Sequence record: PX853108.1
Length of the DNA stretch: 64,000 bases
Strand: one strand, 5' to 3'
From: a phage
The translations under genes and the position numbers were made by a program. The notes under the pieces were generated by a model. That model was given only the letters and a program-made list of their open reading frames with translations, was not told the origin of the DNA and did no database searches. Of this stretch, positions 1 to 7,967 are shown piece after piece; within the stretch, counting starts at the first letter, position 1; every line of letters starts with the position of its first letter.

Positions 1-1003
1 GTTTCTTAGGCATAGTGTCAATCATATCTGCTACTACCTGACGGTCTACATAAGCAATAGTGCATGGGTCAAGATAATCCAGGATTGATACGGATAAAAA
101 GCCAGATTTCTCATAATGGCTCCATAGCTCTTGTACCTTCTCCAGGTTACCTTCAATTTCCCCATATTCTGATGGGCCTTCATCGCAGAGTTCTCGCACA
201 GCTTCCACTAGGTCACGGTCGAAGTTACAACGACGCAGCATCTCACGTACTACCATCCCATCAATAGAGTGGGTGATGTTAGCAGAGAGCATACGAGTCT
301 TCTCTTCAGTACCCTGAACCATACGAGTGATATCGAATGGCTTACCTAAGAAGTTAACAGTCTGTACTTCAGGGACCATGACCTTAATGACAGCGTGGAA
401 GTTGTCAGGCAGTACCCATACGTAACGGTTGGCATCCGGGTTACCACATTGCAGTAAGAACTTGTTAAGTGCCCAAGGACCACTAGCAACAGTTTCCATT
501 ACATTCTCAAAAGTCTTGAGACGAATACCTTCACCGAATACTTCTTTAGGCTTGGCTTCTGAGCCGTAGAATGCAGTCATAACTGCCTGCTTAGTTTCAC
601 TACGTTTAATACGCGATGCTTCACCAAGGATGTCCAGCATCTTATGATAGATAACTGTGTAAGCATCACGACGTAATGGCTTACCATTCTCTCCCATGTA
701 ATTAACTACGTTACACAGTTCAGCAGCAGAACGGTCACCAGTCAGACAGGCCAGTAACTGCAAACCAGATGATGTAGCATCCAGGGCTACGGCATAACCA
801 ATAGGCTTACCTGCTTTCATATCTTTCCATGCATTTACACCTGCAAAGAACAGAGCAGAATCCTCTGCTTCATCTACCAGATTAAGCAGGTTAGCTTCGT
901 TCTCATCGAACCAGGCAATACGCTCATCCCATGTCTTTTTATCCAAGCCATAGTTATTGGCGATATCTACTTTCAGGTATTCACGAGCGGTTAACAGTTG
1001 CAT
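1..1003 (-). CDS. T7-like single-subunit RNA polymerase, catalytic (large) subunit of a split phage RNAP II; C-terminus runs off the window
   Basis: Minus-strand frame open from ATG at 1003 (RBS AAGGAA upstream, in-frame stop at 1034-1036) to window edge; translation carries T7-RNAP-like motifs AGKPIG, motif A ALDATSSGLQ, motif B KQAVMTAFYGS, motif C ITHSIDG. Not in supplied ORF track because it is truncated. Confidence 0.8.
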   Translation of the reverse strand, partial: MQLLTAREYLKVDIANNYGLDKKTWDERIAWFDENEANLLNLVDEAEDSALFFAGVNAWKDMKAGKPIGYAVALDATSSGLQLLACLTGDRSAAELCNVVNYMGENGKPLRRDAYTVIYHKMLDILGEASRIKRSETKQAVMTAFYGSEAKPKEVFGEGIRLKTFENVMETVASGPWALNKFLLQCGNPDANRYVWVLPDNFHAVIKVMVPEVQTVNFLGKPFDITRMVQGTEEKTRMLSANITHSIDGMVVREMLRRCNFDRDLVEAVRELCDEGPSEYGEIEGNLEKVQELWSHYEKSGFLSVSILDYLDPCTIAYVDRQVVADMIDTMPKK

Positions 1004-1060
1004 TTTATGTTCCTTTTGCTTCTTGGCTCCCCACTATGGAGAGCCTGCTTATTGGATGGA

Positions 1061-1306
1061 TTAGCCAGCATTAAATGATGATAATACTATTCCTGGTTCC
1101 ACACCTTCGGTGGCAATACCAATGTACTTAACTTCTACCTGTTCTGGTGAACTACACCAGCCTGACCATAGCTCGCCCCATTTGCCATCGGGGTTTATCT
1201 GACGTGCTTCCTCTTCGGTAGCAGCAGCTACCACAGCGGAATCATATGTATCCCACTCATTACGCTCATTCTGGCTAATAAGCCATAGTTTTAATAGCTT
1301 ACCCAT
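1061..1306 (-). CDS. hypothetical protein (81 aa) lying between the two RNAP II subunit genes
   Basis: ORF in track; same strand as flanking operon; no recognisable motif. Confidence 0.4.
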   Translation of the reverse strand: MGKLLKLWLISQNERNEWDTYDSAVVAAATEEEARQINPDGKWGELWSGWCSSPEQVEVKYIGIATEGVEPGIVLSSFNAG

Positions 1307-1619
1307 TTGAGATTAGTCCTCTTGGTTCGTATATGGATTTATTTACGGTTACGTTTAGCTTCAGCTTCGCGTTTCATTGCTTCATTGATACGCTTTAATA
1401 CCAACTCTCTATGGGCATAGAAGTCAGCTACTGCACGATGATTAATCATTGTTTACTAACCCTTTATCTTAGATGGTTACTACGTCAGCAGTTAATTTAT
1501 AAATAATGGTCTTATTGCTTGGATTGTTTGTCTTAAACAGCTTTTCGAAATGAATGCATTTTTCTAACGTACCGGAGTAAACACATTCTTCATTAACCCA
1601 TAGCTCATAGGAACCAATG

Positions 1620-2438
1620 TTAGTCTTCATTTACTAACTCCTTATCAGCGAACTCTAGTACAGCTTTGTTGTAGCTGGTTCCCTGATAGTTGATGTGGTA
1701 ACCACAGGCATAGGTACGCCCACGTTTGTCATATTTGTGAGCCAGCGAGAAGTTATTACCTTCTTTGGTCACTAGCTCCATTACTTCCTTAGCTGTACGG
1801 CTGTACTTCTCAAAGGCTTTAACACGTTTCTCGTAGTCCTGACGGGTTTCACCTTCTTTAGGTTTATCCATATTAGGACGGGAGTCTTTTACATAGTTAG
1901 CAACGTCCCAGTTAATACAGAGACGTTGATTGTTCATACGGTTGATGTGGTCAAGACAGACGTCCATCTCATGATGGTTCTTCTTGAGGATGATGCTACC
2001 TCTGCTTTCGTAGTAACCAGTATCACGATTACACTTAACAGGCTTAGGAGCACTTACGATAGGTAATGGATACTGGAATGCTTCCAGTTCCATCTGTACA
2101 TCTTCACTAATCTCATAGATAACACCGAACTTGTCGATGGTAGGGTCATAGTTGAAGCAGTCATTCTCTGCCATCTTGTACAGACAGTCAGCGATGTACT
2201 GAGCATCATCTGAGTGACTCATAAGAGAGCCAATCATAGTTTGGATGTCAGCACGTTTATGTAAGGCAATCTGCACCATTGCATCAATGAGCAGCTTATA
2301 ATCAATTTCTAAATAGGCAGCGAATGCCTTAAAGTCAATTTCTTCGGAGTCCTCGAATTCCTTCCTCATGCGAGGCAAGAGCTGGTTTTTATTGAATAGT
2401 TTTTCGAGTTGCTTCTGATGTTCAATAGATGAGTACAT
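1620..2438 (-). CDS. T7-like RNA polymerase small (N-terminal-equivalent) subunit of split RNAP II
   Basis: 272 aa; C-terminal segment YDKRGRTYACGYHINYQG aligns with T7 RNAP DWRGRVYAVSMFNPQG (DxxGR motif region); immediately downstream of hairpin promoter at 2464-2485. Confidence 0.7.
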   Translation of the reverse strand: MYSSIEHQKQLEKLFNKNQLLPRMRKEFEDSEEIDFKAFAAYLEIDYKLLIDAMVQIALHKRADIQTMIGSLMSHSDDAQYIADCLYKMAENDCFNYDPTIDKFGVIYEISEDVQMELEAFQYPLPIVSAPKPVKCNRDTGYYESRGSIILKKNHHEMDVCLDHINRMNNQRLCINWDVANYVKDSRPNMDKPKEGETRQDYEKRVKAFEKYSRTAKEVMELVTKEGNNFSLAHKYDKRGRTYACGYHINYQGTSYNKAVLEFADKELVNED

Positions 2439-2463
2439 CGCTTATTCTCCTAAATGTGATTAA

Positions 2464-2485
2464 TAACCAAAAGCTGCGGAGCAGC
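2464..2485 (-). promoter_or_regulatory. N4 virion-RNAP-type hairpin promoter (AACC-N4-GCTGC GGA GCAGC); predicted +1 at 2468
   Basis: 5-bp stem, 3-nt GGA loop, G at -8 and -11, CC at +1/+2 on template (plus) strand; same architecture as sites at 6918 and 7483. Confidence 0.6.
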
Positions 2486-2525
2486 TATTACCTAACGCTT
2501 AGTCCAAAAGTTAAAGTGACTTCAT

Positions 2526-2702
2526 TTATTGCTCTACTCTCATTGAAATCCAATTGTATAATTTACGCTTTGCATACTCTGCGTTAGCTTCAATTATTTC
2601 TCTGTCTTCTGGATCTTGAGAACCAGACCATGATAGAGCAACTTGTGCTGCTACATGTTTACGTATTAAGGATTGTAGTTGACTGCATTCTTTTTTAGTC
2701 AT
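2526..2702 (-). CDS. small hypothetical protein (58 aa)
   Basis: Manually translated ORF (below 60 aa cut-off of track); ATGA start/stop overlap with upstream gene 2699-3058. Confidence 0.3.
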   Translation of the reverse strand: MTKKECSQLQSLIRKHVAAQVALSWSGSQDPEDREIIEANAEYAKRKLYNWISMRVEQ

Positions 2703-3058
2703 GAGGAGGTTCCCCAGTAGTTGTAAGCATCACCTAAGTATTTACGCCATGCTTCTGGTAATAGCACGTTGCCAGTTACATTAATGAATTGGTATGGGTC
2801 TAAGTAATCATTACTCATGACTTTAAAGTCCCACTGTGGATTAGAAGATGCATAGGCAATGAAGCCCTCAATAAAGCCATAAATAGCACCCTCTTTGATA
2901 CGGTTACCATTGCCATCCTTTACCGGTATGGCAAAGCTATTGCCGTAATGACCATAGGCCATACCCCAGCGAGCACCGTGTTTCTTATAAGCTAATTTGG
3001 CAGCAGCATTAGTATGTTGCCCAAGTACATTGGTAGTGAATACTAAGATTTCTTTCAT
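2699..3058 (-). CDS. hypothetical early protein, possible small Rossmann-like fold
   Basis: 119 aa ORF in tightly packed minus-strand array; motif ILVFTTNVLGQHTNAAAKLAYKKHG; function unassigned. Confidence 0.45.
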   Translation of the reverse strand: MKEILVFTTNVLGQHTNAAAKLAYKKHGARWGMAYGHYGNSFAIPVKDGNGNRIKEGAIYGFIEGFIAYASSNPQWDFKVMSNDYLDPYQFINVTGNVLLPEAWRKYLGDAYNYWGTSS

Positions 3059-3255
3059 TTACATGCCTCTCTGTTGTAAGTATAAGCATCGTGTGTGGAC
3101 ATATTGTTATGATGACGAGTTACTTCTAAGTAAGTAAGAGCATATTCATGGTCACGTTGTTCTTTCTTGGTTCGGCAATGACCACATTTATCATCCCATT
3201 GGGATACATAGCCTTTACCACATTTGCATTGCTTATCCATTAGGATTCTCCACAA
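3055..3255 (-). CDS. Cys-rich zinc-ribbon-like small protein
   Basis: 66 aa; CxC and CxxC pairs (CKCGKG...CGHC); overlaps neighbours by 4 nt. Confidence 0.4.
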   Translation of the reverse strand: MWRILMDKQCKCGKGYVSQWDDKCGHCRTKKEQRDHEYALTYLEVTRHHNNMSTHDAYTYNREACK

Positions 3256-3613
3256 AGTAGTTATACATAGCTTTTACTAGCTTCTCTTTAATAACCTCAC
3301 CATGACAAGGTTTTGGATAACAGAAGCACTGTAAGGCTAATCCTTTCTCGTCAATGGCTTTATTACCCAGACGATTAAGTTCATCCAATACAACTGGATT
3401 CCCTTTATCAATCTGTTCTTGTAACCAGACTATATACTTAGCAATTACTTGCTCTCTGGTTCCATGTTTACCAATGACAAATGGATTACCTAATGGTGAA
3501 CCACGTCCAATATACTCACCTGATTTACCGTGATGTTTATTAACAATGATAATTGGACGGGCAGATACACCCAGTAAAGCATTGGTGTCATCACCTAATG
3601 ACATAATCTTCAT
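3233..3613 (-). CDS. DUF4326-like small protein (assignment from memory of motif)
   Basis: 126 aa; motif GRGSPLGNPF followed by CFCYPKPCHG; domain family recalled, not searched. Confidence 0.45.
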   Translation of the reverse strand: MKIMSLGDDTNALLGVSARPIIIVNKHHGKSGEYIGRGSPLGNPFVIGKHGTREQVIAKYIVWLQEQIDKGNPVVLDELNRLGNKAIDEKGLALQCFCYPKPCHGEVIKEKLVKAMYNYFVENPNG

Positions 3614-3924
3614 GGTTTAAGTACCTGGAATGGGAACACAGGACGTTTACTACGCCACTGGTTCATAGCTAATTCACTAGTTTCAGAACCATCATGTAAG
3701 TCATAGATAAATGAGATTACATAGTCTGGTTCTTCCGGGAAGTTCTCTGTAGAAAATGGTAGACCTGATTCTTTAAGGATAGGAATCAGTGGTGATTCAG
3801 CATTACAGTACAGAGTAAACTCTTCATTGAATGCTTGGCTTGTCTGAGATACATAATCAATATTACGCATCATCTTATCTACATCAGTAAATGTAGCATC
3901 ATGAACTACTAAAATAGTTTTCAT
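3610..3924 (-). CDS. hypothetical early protein
   Basis: 104 aa ORF, 4-nt overlap with neighbours. Confidence 0.45.
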   Translation of the reverse strand: MKTILVVHDATFTDVDKMMRNIDYVSQTSQAFNEEFTLYCNAESPLIPILKESGLPFSTENFPEEPDYVISFIYDLHDGSETSELAMNQWRSKRPVFPFQVLKP

Positions 3925-4112
3925 ACTGGCTCCTTGCCCGTAAATGTTACTACTTTTCCTGACATATTCCGTATGGTTACCTGTGCTGAGTTAACATCAG
4001 CAAATTGCTCTGCAACCCAGTTAAGCATCTCAGGGTCATTATTTAATTGTTTTTTAATCACAGTTTTACTATCTGCTGTTACTAAAGTGATTTCATAATT
4101 TTCAATATTCAT
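3921..4112 (-). CDS. hypothetical early protein
   Basis: 63 aa ORF, operon packing. Confidence 0.4.
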   Translation of the reverse strand: MNIENYEITLVTADSKTVIKKQLNNDPEMLNWVAEQFADVNSAQVTIRNMSGKVVTFTGKEPV

Positions 4113-4366
4113 ACTACTTTCTCCAGTGTTAGGTAGACGTTATTATCGACAATACTCAAATCACAGAAACCAATCTCTTCTTGTCTCCCAGAGGATACCC
4201 AGATATTGTTCTCCGTTAGCTTAGGCTTCTTAGAGAATCCTATTAATGAGGTATTAGCACTCTTATATTGACGAGGTAGTAATGCTATATACTTAACCCA
4301 ATGTGGTACTTGAATAGTATGTTTCATATATTCCACAGTCTTACCAGTAGGGTATGTAATAATCAT
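4109..4366 (-). CDS. hypothetical early protein
   Basis: 85 aa ORF, operon packing. Confidence 0.4.
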   Translation of the reverse strand: MIITYPTGKTVEYMKHTIQVPHWVKYIALLPRQYKSANTSLIGFSKKPKLTENNIWVSSGRQEEIGFCDLSIVDNNVYLTLEKVV

Positions 4367-4723
4367 TTAGTACCTCACAACATATACAGGTTTATTAAGC
4401 TTATTCATGATATCAATCATGTGCTTGGTTCCTTTGGATTTACCATCCCAGAAACATACAGCAGCATCTGCAAATTCACCCATTTCCTGGTTACGTATAT
4501 AACCAGCAGACTTTCTATGCTTATCCCAGTTAGCTGGGAAATTATGAATAGGCATTTTGTTATTAGCCCATAGGCTGTATGCAAGCATATCTGCTCCACG
4601 AGCCATACCACATACTAATTCAGGATTAGGGTCAATCTTACCTTTCTCCACTAAATCCATTAATACGGTAATCATTACTTGGATATTTACGAAGTCTCTG
4701 CCACCAGCTACTATTAGTTTCAT
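4367..4723 (-). CDS. SLOG/LOG-like (DUF2493-type) Rossmann-fold protein (assignment from memory of motif)
   Basis: 118 aa; MKLIVAGGRDF ... GMARGADMLAY ... FWDGKSKGTKHMI pattern typical of SLOG-superfamily small proteins. Confidence 0.45.
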   Translation of the reverse strand: MKLIVAGGRDFVNIQVMITVLMDLVEKGKIDPNPELVCGMARGADMLAYSLWANNKMPIHNFPANWDKHRKSAGYIRNQEMGEFADAAVCFWDGKSKGTKHMIDIMNKLNKPVYVVRY

Positions 4724-4941
4724 TTCTGATAACCTTCTATGAAGTTAGTACGACGAATAAGCTGAGTAGATGCCCTAACAGCCATCTGTTTGAACTCATC
4801 TTTGTGCTGATTTTCCAACACCTTAGCCCATTCTTCATGGTTCCGTCGTTTCTGTAGGATACGACTACACTTCTTATGATTAGCAACTCCTCTTCCTTTC
4901 TTACAGATTGGGCATATTCCATAATTAGTGCTGAACAACAT
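4720..4941 (-). CDS. zinc-finger-like small protein
   Basis: 73 aa; CPICKKG...HKKC motif. Confidence 0.4.
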   Translation of the reverse strand: MLFSTNYGICPICKKGRGVANHKKCSRILQKRRNHEEWAKVLENQHKDEFKQMAVRASTQLIRRTNFIEGYQK

Positions 4942-4946
4942 TTTGC

Positions 4947-5177
4947 TTACTCCTTGGTAATGTGATTGGCAGTATAGAAGTTATTAATCTCTGATTGGGT
5001 AGTATCAGCATAACCGGATACACCGGTTTCTTTATTAACCCATTTATCGAAGCTCTCACTGTATCCAGGCGTACTAACTTTTACCCATGTACTGGTTCCA
5101 AAGATTGTTTTCTTCTCTACTTCTGCACCAATACCACGTTCATTATCTGCAAATCGTATTACTTTATATTTAGCCAC
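4947..5177 (-). CDS. hypothetical early protein
   Basis: 76 aa ORF in array. Confidence 0.4.
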   Translation of the reverse strand: MAKYKVIRFADNERGIGAEVEKKTIFGTSTWVKVSTPGYSESFDKWVNKETGVSGYADTTQSEINNFYTANHITKE

Positions 5178-5478
5178 TTAGTGCCTCCATTAATATTTTA
5201 CGAATAACATTTACATCAGATTCAGTACCAATTAAACCAACAGGCTTACCTGTACTATCTGTTACAAAGGATGCAATCCTTTCCATCTCTGCTGTAATTA
5301 GCTTGTCACCACTAATAAGACGATTACGAAGGTAAGCTTCATAGGCTACTTCTATATCCTCTACTGTGGTTCTTTCATTACGAGCGAATGGATTACTTAA
5401 TGGGAATGGTAAGTGGATACGTATATTCCGGTCAGCTATCTTAGCTGAATGAGGAAGTATACAAATAATTTCATTCAA
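5170..5478 (-). CDS. hypothetical early protein
   Basis: 102 aa ORF in array. Confidence 0.4.
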   Translation of the reverse strand: MNEIICILPHSAKIADRNIRIHLPFPLSNPFARNERTTVEDIEVAYEAYLRNRLISGDKLITAEMERIASFVTDSTGKPVGLIGTESDVNVIRKILMEALSG

Positions 5479-5521
5479 GGTTATTTCTCCTATTTAAATA
5501 CATATCTAACTATTCAAGAAT

Positions 5522-5552
5522 AAAAAATAGGAGCCTCCTATTGGAGGACTCC
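5522..5552 (-). terminator. rho-independent terminator (minus strand)
   Basis: On minus strand CCUCC-AAUA-GGAGG hairpin followed by UAUUUUUUAUU. Confidence 0.5.
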
Positions 5553-5615
5553 CAGTTCTACTAATGCACCATAGGTTAACAGTACAAACATGGTTAATGT
5601 GATAGGCCAGTTCAT
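5538..5615 (-). CDS. candidate 25-aa hydrophobic peptide (MNWPITLTMFVLLTYGALVELGVLQ)
   Basis: Manually translated; start overlaps stop of upstream small ORF as ATGA; stop lies inside terminator stem. Confidence 0.2.
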   Translation of the reverse strand: MNWPITLTMFVLLTYGALVELGVLQ

Positions 5616-5743
5616 TTGAATGCATCCGGGTGATTGAAGGTAATAATCTTACGTACTGGTTCAGATGTCTGTTTCTTAGCAGCCAGTCTCTCCTTCATCT
5701 TCTGTACGTCAGATTTATTACCCATGATTAATGATTTACGCAT
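5612..5743 (-). CDS. candidate small basic protein (43 aa)
   Basis: Manually translated ORF; overlaps end of 5728-5910 ORF by 16 nt so start uncertain. Confidence 0.2.
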   Translation of the reverse strand: MRKSLIMGNKSDVQKMKERLAAKKQTSEPVRKIITFNHPDAFK

Positions 5744-5910
5744 GATTTAGTGCTCCACATAAAGTTAAAAGGTTTATTGTTACGTACAATTCTTACAACC
5801 ATTTGATAGCCATTGAGCTGCACAACACCATAGTGTCGTTTCTGTACACCAGTGTGATACCTACGAAAGATACACTCTTCAATGGCATCATCTATGTTAG
5901 TGAATATCAC
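5728..5910 (-). CDS. hypothetical early protein
   Basis: 60 aa ORF in track. Confidence 0.35.
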   Translation of the reverse strand: MIFTNIDDAIEECIFRRYHTGVQKRHYGVVQLNGYQMVVRIVRNNKPFNFMWSTKSCVNH

Positions 5911-5954
5911 TGGTTCCTCCGTAATATTGGCAGTTAAGCACAGGTGAATAACGT

Positions 5955-6107
5955 TTACACATCTCCACCTGGTTCATCTCTACCACGAGCATCACTCCCT
6001 ATGACTGCAAACATACCAATAATTACACCTACAGCTAATAACCATGGAAATGCAGCCACTAGCAGTATCATTAATAAAGTACACAGAATCTCTGCCAGTA
6101 GCTTCAT
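5955..6107 (-). CDS. candidate small membrane protein (50 aa, two hydrophobic segments)
   Basis: Manually translated MKLLAEILCTLLMILLVAAFPWLLAVGVIIGMFAVIGSDARGRDEPGGDV; RBS AAGGATAA upstream. Confidence 0.3.
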   Translation of the reverse strand: MKLLAEILCTLLMILLVAAFPWLLAVGVIIGMFAVIGSDARGRDEPGGDV

Positions 6108-6111
6108 AGCA

Positions 6112-6375
6112 TTATCCTTTGTGTAGTTTACGGATTTGTTTACGAGTAGGTTTAGCTACAAAGAAGTGGTCATAGCATTGACCATTCTCATCTTTTACAG
6201 ATACCTGCCAACGAGCATCATAAGTCATCTTACTACCGTACATGGCCATTATGTTAATCAGCCTAGTTGGATTATAACGGTTACATATTGTACGCATAAT
6301 GGTTACTCCTTCATCTAATATAAATCTATATCTATCTGGATACTGTTTCAGTACCCTTCGTCTAAAGATACTCAA
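6112..6375 (-). CDS. hypothetical early protein
   Basis: 87 aa ORF in track. Confidence 0.4.
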   Translation of the reverse strand: MSIFRRRVLKQYPDRYRFILDEGVTIMRTICNRYNPTRLINIMAMYGSKMTYDARWQVSVKDENGQCYDHFFVAKPTRKQIRKLHKG

Positions 6376-6398
6376 AAAGTAGAAATAGCTTATCGTCT

Positions 6399-6430
6399 AG
6401 TTAAAAATAAAAGACTCCCCGAAGGGAGTC
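6399..6430 (-). terminator. rho-independent terminator (minus strand), UUCG tetraloop
   Basis: GACUCCC-UUCG-GGGAGUC followed by UUUUAUUUUUAA, just downstream of gene 6441-6821. Confidence 0.6.
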
Positions 6431-6440
6431 TAGTGATTGA

Positions 6441-6821
6441 TTAGAAAGTCAGTTTACGAGCATATTTATTCTCGTCTGCTGGGATGTCAGCAGCCTCTGC
6501 TTTCACACGACGAAGTTGAACTTGCAGGTTAATGATACCTTCCTCACCTGGTTCCAGGTTCTGAGCATACGCGATTAACTGTTCCAGCAAGTCGTTCTGT
6601 GCACAACGCATAGCACGGAAGTCAGCATTGCTGCTATTAGTAGGCAGCGGTTCCTGAGTATCCAGTGGAATACCAGTAGGCAGTGAGATGAATTTCTCAT
6701 CATCAGAGCCTTCGTTAGCTACATAACCAATGTTCAGCCAGAACTGAGCTTTTGGTTTGTCAGTTTTAGCAGTGGTAGCAGCAGCGTTAGATTGACCGAA
6801 AGTGAATTTTTGAATAGCCAT
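6441..6821 (-). CDS. early protein (126 aa), first gene of a hairpin-promoter transcription unit
   Basis: ORF in track trimmed to internal ATG at 6821 with RBS GGAGAG; about 100 nt downstream of predicted +1 at 6922. Confidence 0.5.
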   Translation of the reverse strand: MAIQKFTFGQSNAAATTAKTDKPKAQFWLNIGYVANEGSDDEKFISLPTGIPLDTQEPLPTNSSNADFRAMRCAQNDLLEQLIAYAQNLEPGEEGIINLQVQLRRVKAEAADIPADENKYARKLTF

Positions 6822-6917
6822 TTTGTACTCTCCAGATTTATGTGATTTACGGGTGAACTCGTCGGTGAGAACACCCAAACAAAAGGATAAAAGTTCAATG
6901 ATTAGTGGATGCATTTA

Positions 6918-6939
6918 CATCCTTTAGATGCGGAGCATC
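6918..6939 (-). promoter_or_regulatory. N4 virion-RNAP-type hairpin promoter (CATCC-TTTA-GATGC GGA GCATC); predicted +1 at 6922
   Basis: 5-bp stem, GGA loop, -8G/-11G, +1/+2 CC; near-identical layout to recalled N4 P2 CATCC-AAAA-GAAGC GGA GCTTC. Confidence 0.65.
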
Positions 6940-7009
6940 TTTCTTTTAAAGATAGTGCGAGTTAGTTAACTTAAAGTAGATAGTTATCTACTTTTGACTA
7001 TCTATCTAA

Positions 7010-7040
7010 TGTTCAAAACAGGAGACTCCGAAGAGCCTCC
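7010..7040 (-). terminator. rho-independent terminator (minus strand), UUCG tetraloop
   Basis: GGAGGCUC-UUCG-GAGUCUCC followed by UGUUUUG, downstream of gene 7049-7372. Confidence 0.55.
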
Positions 7041-7048
7041 TATGTGAC

Positions 7049-7372
7049 TTATTCTTTAGTCAGGATGTCGATGACTTTGGAATATTCTGCGTTATAGATA
7101 CGAGCGTTCTCTGAATCCTTGCAGAAGTCCTCGATACTTTTCTTACGCAGAGTCTCAGTCATAGCTGTTTCCTCTGCCAGTTTATTAACAAAGGTATGCA
7201 TTTCTAATTTAGTACGAATGGCTTGTTTCTCTGCCATCGTACTAACATATGAATTAAGCATACCTACTGCTTTAGTTGCTGTGCTGAATGTATCTGCAAC
7301 AGTAGTAGCAGCTGAGTTAACAGTACCAAGTAAAGTTCCTGCGGTCATACGTACAGTAGCTTGAGTAGTCAT
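7049..7372 (-). CDS. early protein (107 aa), first gene downstream of outermost hairpin promoter
   Basis: ORF in track trimmed to internal ATG at 7372 with RBS GGAGAT; about 115 nt downstream of predicted +1 at 7487. Confidence 0.5.
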   Translation of the reverse strand: MTTQATVRMTAGTLLGTVNSAATTVADTFSTATKAVGMLNSYVSTMAEKQAIRTKLEMHTFVNKLAEETAMTETLRKKSIEDFCKDSENARIYNAEYSKVIDILTKE

Positions 7373-7482
7373 GATGATATCTCCAATAGTTAATGAATAA
7401 TGAGGTTGCCTGTGGATGCACAGGCACATCGTAAGGGATACATGTCCAATGGCTCATGAGATAAGGAGCTTACGATCTCGCA

Positions 7483-7504
7483 TATCCGTAACATGCGGAG
7501 CATG
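7483..7504 (-). promoter_or_regulatory. N4 virion-RNAP-type hairpin promoter (ATATCC-GTAA-CATGC GGA GCATG); predicted +1 at 7487
   Basis: 5-bp stem, GGA loop, -8G/-11G, +1/+2 CC on template strand. Confidence 0.65.
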
Positions 7505-7960
7505 TAGACGAACGAAGTTCGTCAAAAATGTTTTATAAAGATGTAGGCGCGTGCGCAAGCCGAAGGCTTGCGTGCGTGCCGAAGATATGCACATAAGCCC
7601 ATGGGCTTGCTTGCAAGCCTAGTGTGTGTAACGTGTAAGGTGGGGTAGGGTAGTGGCTACACGGTCAACATACCGGGGGGGATGGTTGAGTGTAAGGGTG
7701 TAGCCCTAGGTGTAACACTATAGCCATACATAGCTATCACAATTTTGACATGCAAAAATATTATAGGCACTATCTCTATAAGCAGATAACTTTGAGGTAC
7801 TAACCTGAAAGATGGTTGAGGTATCTATCCTCTATTCATCATAGCGTTTGATACTTAAAACCTCATACAGCTTACCATTTACAAGTAATGGTCCTCCCAC
7901 TTCTATGAAAGCCAGACTGTGTACTATCACTGGTTCAGGTAAGCCCTTGACTGTTACATA
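7505..7960. other. non-coding, locally GC-rich, hairpin-dense region; candidate genome terminus / terminal-repeat or origin region
   Basis: No ORF; hairpins GACGAAC-GAA-GTTCGTC (7507-7523), GCAAGCC-GAA-GGCTTGC (7555-7571), AAGCCC-ATG-GGGCTT; G-run ccggggggg; sits just upstream of the outermost early promoter. Confidence 0.3.
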
Positions 7961-7967
7961 CCACATG

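Noticed and set aside
64-267. 67-aa plus-strand ORF at window start
   Set aside because: Lies antisense within the RNAP catalytic-subunit frame, which has clear polymerase motifs.
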